64,000 bases of DNA from Paraspadella gotoi (lineage: Eukaryota > Animalia > Chaetognatha). The DNA lies in assembly GCA_051294375.1 (NCBI GenBank), contig CM119271.1, positions 1,660,063 through 1,724,062 on the forward strand. The letters are read 5' to 3'. This document shows positions 53,596 through 64,000 of this stretch, piece after piece; position 1 is the first letter of the stretch, and each line of letters starts with the position of its first letter. The translations under genes were made by a program, and so were the position numbers. The notes under the pieces are model-generated. The model worked only from the letters and a program-made list of their open reading frames with translations. It was not told the DNA's origin and made no database searches.

Positions 53596-55272
53596 CCTTT
53601 GTCTCAGCGGGAGACTTGACTTTCTCTTTTAATATCTTCATATCTTAATTTACTTCCCTCTCTCTCTCTCTCTCTCTCCAATCTTAAATGCCGCATTTTC
53701 CAACAAAAACACATCGTTTCCTAAATATTAATGCTTTTCAAAAAAATGAATTTACAAATCGATTTTCAAAATTCGGCGCCGAATGTGTTTTGAGACGAGT
53801 CTGCATCCTGAGCCAAAAAATATTATCTTTTTTTTCTGCGATAAATATCGCTTTACATTGTTTGGCATATAATAGTTATGTGGCAAAACTTATAGATTCA
53901 GAGTGATTAGGCTGAGAAGATCCATGATCGAGCCACATTTTGTTTTTAACTTAGATTGACCAATTTTATTGTTCTACTAACATTGTCACATTTTATTGGT
54001 CAATTTAGACAAGTTGATTACCGTTTCGTTTCGTTAGTTAAATTATGTATTCTTAAGTCATTTTTATCAATCAATCATGTCGTTTTTGTCCTGATGCATT
54101 TTTCAAATCCCGCCCAAAATTATATTCATAGTAATTTCTAATCCAGAGTAATTAAAAGAAAAAAAAGATAAAAATATGAAAAAAATAACCAGAACGATTC
54201 TAATATATTCTAATCTAATCTAATCTATTGTTTTATAATCTCTTCTCCAGTCATTAATTTTCCCTAATCTCCTTCATTTCCTCTATTTTTTTTTAGAAAA
54301 TTAACTCCCCCTCCCCTTAAAAAAAGTTTATTTGTGTTTGGAAGTCTTTTAAAAACGTCCTTATCTTGTAAATCAGCGAAAATATTTCGGTGAAAATATA
54401 ATTTCCTTCACAGCGGGAGAAATCCATCCATCGTGAAGCGTCGTCTTCGTTGTCGTCGTCTTCGTCGTCGTCGTCGTCGTCGTCGTTTTAGCTAAATCAG
54501 AGCCGAGGACGACGAGACCAAGTTTTTTTTTTTGTCTTCGCGGATAAAAACGTCAAAAATCTTTAATCATATACGTATCTTCTATCAAAACTGGTACATA
54601 CTAGACTGGAGAACTTGAGAACAAAAATTTGATTTGAGTCAATTAACAATAATAATTTTATGCAAGATGGTATGATTATTGAATGCAAAAAGTATTTTGT
54701 TAATATTCTTTCGGGAACAGGAAAGCAAATTACAATATATCTATAGTATAATACCTATAAAATAAAAAAATTCAAAATATTTAAAAAAAAAAATTTTTAT
54801 TAAAGATTCAGATTTCTCATAAAATGTTAGACCAGATAAATAAACCATGTTATCATAAATTTTTTTATCTTCAGTGTCAAAATTAGAAAAAAAGGTCATA
54901 ATTTTTTACTTTTAATTCTCTGTAGTAAAAGCTATTATATGATAAACGGTTTTTGTCATTTTTCACAGCTTTAACATTAAAATATCATGTAACATATTTT
55001 ATAAAAGTTTCTTATTTGTTTCTGACGAATCCGAAACTGTTCTTAAAATTAAAAAAAAAATATTATTTTAAAATTTTATGATTTTTTAAGGATATTACTA
55101 TAAAGAAAATTCAATTTCAATATACTGTTAACCCAAAAAATGTTTAAAGGACATGGTTTTCTTTAATTACATATACGGAGGCAGCAAAATAATATTGTTA
55201 ACTCGATTAATATTTTCATCACTCCCAAACTATAACTTCTATCATAACCTTTAAAACTTGTAACGCCACATC

Positions 55273-55408
55273 TGATACTTCTACCACTCCTTCTATCATT
55301 TCTATCATTACTTTTAAACGATATATATCTCCAGTTATGATACTTCTATCACTTCTTCTATCACTTCTATCTTTACTTTTAAACGATATATCGCCAGTTA
55401 TGATACTC
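55273..55408. repeat. ~63-bp tandem repeat, about 2 copies
   Basis: TGATACTTCTA..CTTCTATCA..TTACTTTTAAACGATATAT..CCAGTTA repeated. Confidence 0.8.
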
Positions 55409-55658
55409 TCAATCTATTTTTCCCCTCCTTTCTCTGCAATTCTCGTTAGCCATTTCCCTTTTAATTTTTTGTCACCCCTCGACCGACTGGGTGAGTCTCT
55501 AATTTATCCCTCACCCCCTTTATTTTTGGCCCCCTTTTTCCTGCCCCCCATTTCTACCTGGGAGGTACGACCTTCAGTCGGGAACAAGAATTACAAGATT
55601 TTACGGAAAAAGAAAAACAGAGACAGAGCAATGTAAGAGAGAGAGAGAGAGTGAGAGA

Positions 55659-55699
<41 letters not shown>

Positions 55700-56190
55700 A
55701 GACGCTGAAATGATGGGGATTTGTCCAGGAATTCATATTTGCGTCTTCCACAGAATTTTGCCTCGTGGATGGTCCGTTTTTTTTAATGTTTTTTTTTTTC
55801 GGTTTTTTTTTGTGTTTTCATTTGTTTTCTCTGACGATTCCTTTGCTTTTTGGTATTTCAGACTTTTTCGTATCTTATGTTTTTATTTTTGTTGCTAAAG
55901 GGTCTGTTTGCTTAATCCGCGAAAATTTTTAGTCGGCGTGTGGGATTTTCTTTCCTTTTGGATTTTTTTGAGATTTGAAATTCTAATTTAAGAAGTTTGA
56001 CAAGACATTGGGTTTTGTCACTGATTTACCTATGAATGGATTTTTTTAATGCGAGAGAGAATTGATTGATTGATTGACTCATTGCTCAATTAATCGATTG
56101 GTTGTATAATTGATTGTGATTTTCTCCACCCCTTGCCTCCAAAAAATACTTGCGTCATGAGGTTGAAAGTTTGTTGGAAGATTATAACCC

Positions 56191-56241
<51 letters not shown>

Positions 56242-56404
56242 ATTTCGAGGATTTGACGAGATTATAACAAGATCATCTTTGATGTTTACTCACCAGGGAG
56301 AGGAGGAAGAGGAATGAGGAGGAGGAGGAGAAGGGAGGAAAGGGAGGAAAGGAATGAAGGGAAAGTTTGTTCGTGTAACAAGGGATTAAAATAGTAAACC
56401 TGTC

Positions 56405-56438
<34 letters not shown>

Positions 56439-57008
56439 TGGGAGGGTAACTAAGTCAGAAAGTACGCAGTTTGTGAGTCGTGGGTGGCGAGTCCCGGGTT
56501 CCAGGCAGGAAGTTATTAGTTTCTTGTTTGTTAGGGAGAAAAAAAGAGGATGAGTGATTCAAATAAAGCTGAACATTTTTTTGTCTCGTTTGAGAAATAT
56601 TATCGGCTTAAGTGGGACAGAAGAGAATTTTAAAAAGGTTGTGAAAAAAATTTAGTGGCTCATTTAGGTAGCAGTACAAATATTAAAATTAAAATAAAAT
56701 TAAGATAAATTAAAATTAATTGATTTCATGAGATACAGTATATTGAGAAGATTAAGTGAGAATCAGAAATAAATTTGATGTTTTTATTTAGAAATAAAAG
56801 AATAAACGAAAACTTTGAGGACGACGNNNNNNNNNNTAACGACGACGACAATCTTTTTTCAATTTGCATATTTTCTTCCTCCTCCCCTTTTTATCCCCTT
56901 TTATTCCTTACAATAACACTCTCTCTCTCTCTGTGTCTCTCTCTCTTCCCACCTCCGGAGCACATCTGGATGTCCTCTCTTTGTATCCTCTTTACCAGTT
57001 GGACTGAT

Positions 57009-57052
<44 letters not shown>

Positions 57053-58594
57053 GTTTGGTTTAGAATAAAAATTGATGTTGATATTTCATTTGTTGTTGAT
57101 CCTCCCACAAAATCCGTCGACCTCTGGTGTCGAAACGGAAAGAATCGTCATCCACATTCTTAGGGGATTTGTAGATGCGTCGTTGCGTCTCTTTAACACG
57201 AATTTTGGGTCAATCTGTTGATAAAATTATTGATTTAAAATATTTTTAATTTTTTTAATGTGAAAAAAAATATTGTTTTAGTATTTGTTTAATATTTTAA
57301 AAATCTGGTTACCCATAAAAGTTATAAGGAAGGAACTTTTGATACAACCAAGAATGAGATTGAGTTCATCAATCTCATTTGCATATTGTCGTATTGACAT
57401 TGAATGTCATAAATTCTGTTCCTGTGTCATTTCATGTTCTCANNNNNNNNNNNNNNNNNNNNNNNNNNNNNNNNNNNNNNNNNNNNNNNNNNNNNNNNNN
57501 NNNNNNNNNNNNNNNNNNNNNNNNNNNNNNNNNNNNNNNNNNNNNNNNNNNNNNNNNNNNNNNNNNNNNNNNNNNNNNNNNNNNNNNNNNNNNNNNNNNN
57601 NNNNNNNNNNNNNNNNNNNNNNNNNNNNNNNNNNNNNNCACCACAAAAGGGAAGAGATAACAACAACATTACCAGGTTTCAAGGAAGGTAACCTAGATAC
57701 AAAGTGGTGTCACACAAACCTTTGCCTTCTACTACATGACGAATGAGAGTGTTCCCCGCACAAACATCAGTTGGCCTTCAGGTTCCAGTTTGTTACGTCA
57801 CGATTGACACATTTAGAGTACCTGTAAAATAATTTTCAGCTAATAGGTATGGCTGTTTAGTGAAACTGGTGTTCTATGAATTGTTCTGAGTGTTACTTGA
57901 TCATGAAGGATATTTGTCATCGGATTGAATAGACTAATTAGTTATTCGTACGATTAAGTAGATAGGCATAAAGTGATATATCTCTGTTCTGGTGCTTTTC
58001 ATAACCATAAAAGAGGCTGTTAGGTATTCAAAGGTGAATCAAACACTTAGGACACAGGGAAGTAACTCAAGAAGTCGATTTGAAGTCCTTGCTACAATGT
58101 GTAAAAAGTGTGAATAGTTGTATTAAATACAACGAATAATATAGATAAAAAAAGAAATTATGTTTTAAATTTGTATTTAGTTATTTAGGCTATTGTAATA
58201 AATCGTCAGGTAAACTAGAAAGGCAGCGGAGCACTATCACTGAAGATATAAGTAACCAAATAATATTTAATTCATAACTGAAGTCGCATCATATAGTGGT
58301 GCGACGGGTTGTGGAAAATAATGATCCAAGGAGCCCCGCATTCATATTAATACTGTCAAAATAAAATCAACGTCCTATTTATATTTTTTGTCATATCTAT
58401 TTTGCCGCCGCCACACACCCCTACCCTCAACGCCCACCCTGTAAACCATTTTGTCTCGCCCACACAAAATGAAAGAAAAGAAAAAAGGGCCATTTCATCA
58501 GCCTGGTTCTCACGCTTTTGCACACCGTGACTCTCGCGCTCAATTTGAAGTGATAAGAAAGTAGTGTTTTGTAAACCGTCGAATTTGAAACAGG

Positions 58595-59977
58595 AAGAAA
58601 AAAAACTGTAGAAAAAAATTATGACAAAACGGAGCTTATCTCGGGATCAGCGGCCGAGAATGAAGGAAAACACACAAAAGGAAGAGAGAAAATACGCATA
58701 TAAAAGAAAAACTCAGTTTGGGAAGAAAAAACAAAAAAAGAAAAGAAGAAAAAACAGAAAAACAGAAGAGGAAAAGACAGAAAAAGAAAAGAAGAAAAAT
58801 ATGAAGTTTGACGTCATTTTGAGTCGTTAGGGAGTGGAGTCGGGCAATGCCCTACTAGGGCATAGAATAAAAATAGACAGGAAAGGATATATAATTAGTA
58901 ATATCTGATAACTTTTCATAATAAGTTATTCAGTGGCGGAAGCTAAACAATTTTTTGCCAAATAATTAGGGTTGAGAGGAAAAGATTCTTAGATTTTTCT
59001 GGGTCAATTTTTTGACAACTCTAACTTTTTTGTTTTTCACACTTCTGTCTCTTTCTCTCTCAAATTTTATTTCTTTACCTTAAATCNNNNNNNNNNAGCA
59101 GTCTTATCTTTTTTGGTTTTAGTTCTTATTTATTGGGTTAGGAATTATGTTAGAAGTATTATATATTTGTTTATTAATAAAGACTCTTTCTTTTCTTCAT
59201 AGGGTATCTATGCTTATGACTTTACTTCCTTTAAGCTACCTATATGCTTCAAGCATGCGAGTATTCTACCACTGCAAGTTAGCATCTATTCTTTTACAAA
59301 TAAGTTAATTGGTATGTTTATTGGGAATACTACTAGAGCTAAGTTTACTGTTATTTTAGGACCAAATAGCTTGCTTACAAAGTTAAAGTTTAATATTATT
59401 TAATAATAATAAAATCTTTTGAAATATTAATCCGATGGTATAACTTAAAATATTATTTCAAACAATTTAAAATTATAGTAATTAAATTGAATTTTTGATT
59501 ATCATTATGATTTTTTATTAAAAATTTTACAAATGTTAATAAAAATTTAAACTATAAAAATTTAATAACTATGCAAACAAATTTTAAATTTCAGAGGCCA
59601 CCGCATTATTGGACTTTGCGTATTGTTTCAGTTAATCTTGATTATAATATCATCTTACCGGAAAAGGTTTGGCCTAAAATTTAATCTTCTTTTAAACTAA
59701 ACAAGCAATACAGAATCAGCTTTTTAAATCGGAAATTAATAAATGATTATTGAATAACGACAGAGCTTCTAAATACTCACTTGTAAAACCAGTTAGAATG
59801 TCATATCAGATAATCTCTGCAATTTCCAAGTATGTGTCGATCAAATTGACCTTTAGTAAGAATGAGATTAGAATCAATAATTTTGCCTAAAAAANNNNNN
59901 NNNNNNNNNNNNNNNNNNNGGAGTTTCGAAGGTATTAATTTTTTCTATTCTGGGGAATAATTTTGGGGGAAAAAAAA

Positions 59978-60048
<71 letters not shown>

Positions 60049-60775
60049 AGAGAGAGAGATAGAGAGAGGAGAGAGGAAGAGAGCGAGAGTGAGAGAGACG
60101 AGAGACGTGAGTGTGGGTTTTTGTTTTCTTTCTTATTTGTTGTTAAAGCCCTCTGACAAGCAATACACAATACACACAATTACACATATTAAAAAACTAT
60201 TTACTTCCACATATATCACAGTTATTAATGTAACTAGTTTTCTTGCCATTATTCAGTCTCGGGGGCCGTAAAAAGAATACACGATTTAGGATAAAGAAAT
60301 AGAATTTGAGAGAGAAAGAGACAGAAGTGGTGAAAAAACAAAAAAGTATGAGTTGTCAAAAAATTGCACCCAGAAAAATCTACAGAATCTTTTCCTCTCA
60401 CCCTAATTATTGCGCAAAAAATTGTTTAGCTTCCGCCACTGAATAACTTATTTAAAAAGTTATCGATATATTACTAATTATATATCCTTATCCTGTCTAT
60501 TTTTTATTCTATTGCCCTAGTAGGGCATTGCCCGACTCCATCTCCCTACGACTCAAAATGCGTCAAACTTCATATTTTTTTCTTTTCTTTTTCTGTCTTT
60601 TACCTTCGTTTGTTTTTCTTTTTTCTTCTTTTTTTTTTTTGTTTTTTCTTTCCAAACTGAGTTTTTCTTTTATATGCGTATTTTCTCTCTTCCTTTTGTG
60701 TGTTTTCCTTCTGCGGCCGCTGATCCGAAGATAAGCTCCGTTTTGTCATAATTTTCTTTTACATTTTTTTTCTTT
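58595..60775. repeat. ~490-bp inverted repeat (58595-59085 vs 60285-60775)
   Basis: e.g. ATGACAAAACGGAGCTTATCT vs AGATAAGCTCCGTTTTGTCAT; arms differ by small indels; the spacer contains two N-gaps. Confidence 0.85.
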
Positions 60776-60791
60776 TTCGGTGAGCGTCACT

Positions 60792-60828
<37 letters not shown>

Positions 60829-61953
60829 CTCTAACTGTCGATGGTGTTGACGTGGCAACCCCTGTAGAGTTGAAGACTCTTGATAAAGTGAAGAGGTTTT
60901 CACTAAACGGAAAGGAACCCGTTATAAATATGGTTCACAGAGGACTCTCTGTCNNNNNNNNNNNNNNNNNNNNNNNNNNNNNNNNNNNNNNNNNNNNNNN
61001 NNNNNNNNNNNNNNNNNNNNNNNNNNNNNNNNNNNNNNNNNNNNNNNNNNNNNNNNNNNNNNNNNNNNNNNNNNNNNNNNNNNNNNNNNNNNNNNNNNNN
61101 NNNNNNNNNNNNNNNNNNNNNNNNNNNNNNNNNNNNNNNNNNNNNNNNNNNNNNNNNNNNNNNNNNNNNNNNNNNNNNNNNNNNNNNNNNNNNNNNNNNN
61201 NNNNNNNNNNNNNNNNNNNNNNNNTCTCTCTCTCTCTCTCTCTCTATCTTTCGCCTTCTCTCTTTTTCTCTCTCTCTTTCTCTCACTCTCTCTTACTTAT
61301 GATGCAGCAGAGTTAAAATCGAAAAAGAAAAAATTGAGTCTGGATCCGTTGGTTTTCTTTATTTTCTTTCTTTCTTTCTTTCTTTCTTTCTTNNNNNNNN
61401 NNNNNNNNNNNNNNNNNNNNNNNNNNNNNNNNNNNNNNNNNNNNNNNNNNNNNNNNNNNNNNNNNNNNNNNNNNNNNNNNNNNNNNNNNNNNNNNNNNNN
61501 NNNNNNNNNNNNNNNNNNNNNNNNNNNNNNNNNNNNNNNNNNNNNNNNNNNNNNNNNNNNNNNNNNNNNNNNNNNNNNNNNNNNNNNNNNNNNNNNNNNN
61601 NNNNNNNNNNNNNNNNNNNNNNNNNNNNNNNNNNNNNNNNNNNNNNNNNNNNNNNNNNNNNNNNNNNNNNNNNNNNAATCCCCCGTTTTTCATGGTTTCT
61701 GTTCCGGAAGAAGGAAAAGAAAAATACAGTCCAAAAAGAGAAACGACGAGAAAGAGGATTGAGATAATGNNNNNNNNNNNNNNNNNNNNNNNNNNNNNNN
61801 NNNNNNNNNNNNNNNNNNNNNNNNNNNNNNNNNNNNNNNNNNNNNNNNNNNNNNNNNNNNNNNNNNNNNNNNNNNNNNNNNNNNNNNNNNNNNNNNNNNN
61901 NNNNNNNNNNNNNNNNNNNNNNNNNNNNNNNNNNNNNNNNNNNNNNNNNNNNN

Positions 61954-61989
<36 letters not shown>

Positions 61990-62047
61990 CCGGGAATGAA
62001 TTTTTAAATTAACCATTTAACGATGGAACATTTTGTCTTTTTTAAAA

Positions 62048-62492
62048 GATGATGATGGGAAGATGATAGACGAAGATGAAGACGAAGAAGACGACGATGA
62101 AGACGACGACAACGACGATGAAGGAGACGAAAACAGAGACTATGAAGATTAAAATAAGGCAGACAAAGACGACGACAAAAATGAAAATGACGATGATGAC
62201 TGAGACAAAGACGACGATGAAAACAACAAAAATGATGACGACGAAGACGATGATTACAATGAAGTTGACGATGACGATGAAAATAACAACAACAACGAAG
62301 ACGTTGAAGACATCGTTGACAAAGACAAAGACGACTATAAAGACGATGAATTCGACAATGAAGGCTAATAAGACAATGACGACAACGATGATGACGAAGA
62401 AGACGAGGACGATGAAAACGACGATGCTGAAGAGGTCGATGATGATGACGACGACTACGATGAAGACGATTAAGACGACGACGACGACGACC
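62048..62492. repeat. Degenerate (GAC/GAT/GAA)n trinucleotide tract
   Basis: Strong 3-bp period; the Asp/Glu frame contains stops. Confidence 0.85.
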
Positions 62493-63163
62493 TAAACGGC
62501 GGACGGAAGGCGTCTCTTTGAAAGGCGCGTCACGTCTTCCTCGATTTCTCTTTTTTGAGGACGAGTCCATCCAGATGTTATTATTTGTCGTCGTTGTTNN
62601 NNNNNNNNNNNNNNNNNNNNNNNNNNNNNNNNNNNNNNNNNNNNNNNNNNNNNNNNNNNNNNNNNNNNNNNNNNNNNNNNNNNNNNNNNNNNNNNNNNNN
62701 NNNNNNNNNNNNNNNNNNNNNNNNNNNNNNNNNNNNNNNNNNNNNNNNNNNNNNNNNNNNNNNNNNNNNNNNNNNNNNNNNNNNNNNNNNNNNNNNNNNN
62801 NNNNNNNNNNNNNNNNNNNNNNNNNNNNNNNNNNNNNNNNNNNNNNNNNNNNNNNNNNNNNNNNNNNNNNNNNNNNNNNNNNNNNNNNNNNNNNNNNNNN
62901 NNNNNNNNNNNNNNNNNNNNNNNNNNNNNNNNNNNNNNNNNNNNNNNNNNNNNNNNNNNNNNNNNNNNNNNNNNNNNNNNNNNNNNNNNNNNNNNNNNNN
63001 NNNNNNNNNNNNNNNNNNNNNNNNNNNNNNNNNNNNNNNNNNNNNNNNNNNNNNNNNNNNNNNNNNNNNNNNNNNNNNNNNNNNNNNNNNNNNNNNNNNN
63101 NNNNNNNNNNNNNNNNNNNNNNNNNNNNNNNNNNNNNNNNNNNNNNNNNNNNNNNNNNNNNNN

Positions 63164-63270
63164 AAAGAAAAGAAAAGAAAAGAAAAGAAAAGACAAAAAA
63201 AGAAAAGACAAAACGAGACAAGACAAGACAAAACAAAACAAAACAAGACAAGACAAGACAAGACAAAATA
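63164..63270. repeat. Pentanucleotide (AAAAG/ACAAG/ACAAA)n repeat
   Basis: Directly visible. Confidence 0.9.
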
Positions 63271-64000
63271 AAGTGAGAAGGAATTATCGTGAGTTTTCGT
63301 TGTGAAAGTCTGTGAGTTCACGGTTGGGAAATTTGGTGATTTGGTTCGATTTAAAATTTTTTTTGAAACTATAATTTAACGAACGTAAAATACACATTGC
63401 GTTAGTTATTATTATTCAAAAATTTTATTTGTTTAAAACTGATTTAATTTTTTTTTATCAAATGCGGAGGAGAAAATCTGTTAGCGCAAAACAAAAAGAA
63501 AGCAAACAATGGAAACGACGACAAAAAAGTAATAATGAAAGAAATGAATGAATGATCGGGGAAAGAGAGTGTGAAGATGCCAAGTTGATGCAACTAAGTT
63601 GATTTTTATTTTATTAATATCAAAAACGATATTATCCAGATTCAAAAACAGTAGATATATTTTAAGTGAAAGAATTATTTCCTAATTTTCAAGGGTTAGA
63701 GGGATAGCAGTAGTCGTCACTTTAGAGATAACCTCTCGATTATCAAATTCATGATTATTTATTATTATGTATACTATCTAAACTAGTTAAATAAACAAGT
63801 TAAAATACAAAGATAGGCCTCGTATTGTAACGCAGCATAAGCACCCGCCACTTTAAATGATTTACTACTATATGCAAATGAGATTGATGACCATCTGTGA
63901 GGAGAGATCAAATTGGGGTGCGAAAAAGTAGCCGAAAGGGGGTTTTGATTGAGAGAAGGTGGTCGTTTTAGGGTGGGAAGGGGGACAAGAGAAGGAAGAG

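Noticed and set aside
55022-55037. CTGACGA-ATCC-GAAAC hammerhead-like core
   Set aside because: Only 4 unpaired nt where stem II should be; no stems I or III.
59097-59403. NUMT or ciliate-code coding fragment
   Set aside because: Frames contain stops under the codes tried and resemble no protein I recognise.
62076-62495. 139-aa Thr/Met/Lys-rich ORF or acidic protein
   Set aside because: Degenerate GAC/GAT repeat; the Asp/Glu frame has TAA and TGA stops, and the open frame is a compositional artefact.

Overview
Eukaryotic (animal) genomic scaffold, AT-rich, dense in (AG)n and (GTC)n microsatellites, with 14 N-gaps and several stretches that look like poorly polished long-read fill. Three genes are well supported, with splice sites and phases checked by hand: a 4-exon FoxG (BF-1/sloppy-paired class) forkhead gene on + (18057-22146, with a 1-nt frame discrepancy in exon 1), and two tandem 6-exon secreted GH18 chitinase paralogs on - (46303-48829 and 42275-45849). 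Between them is a microsatellite-poor block of about 2.4 kb (about 30300-32700) holding compact co-oriented short ORFs, including a stand-alone 72-aa C3HC4 RING protein. This is the best candidate for something undescribed (endogenous virus or large-transposon cargo). Part of that block is triplicated (about 31070-41720), most likely by gap-filling. Mobile DNA: an abundant family with a ~326-bp period, a fixed hairpin terminus and partial-tandem copies; a TIR-bounded family with a degenerate TTAGGG core; a Tc1/mariner-type MITE; and tRNA-derived SINEs. No CRISPR, rRNA or bona fide tRNA was found. The organism cannot be identified from this window, and no searches were run.
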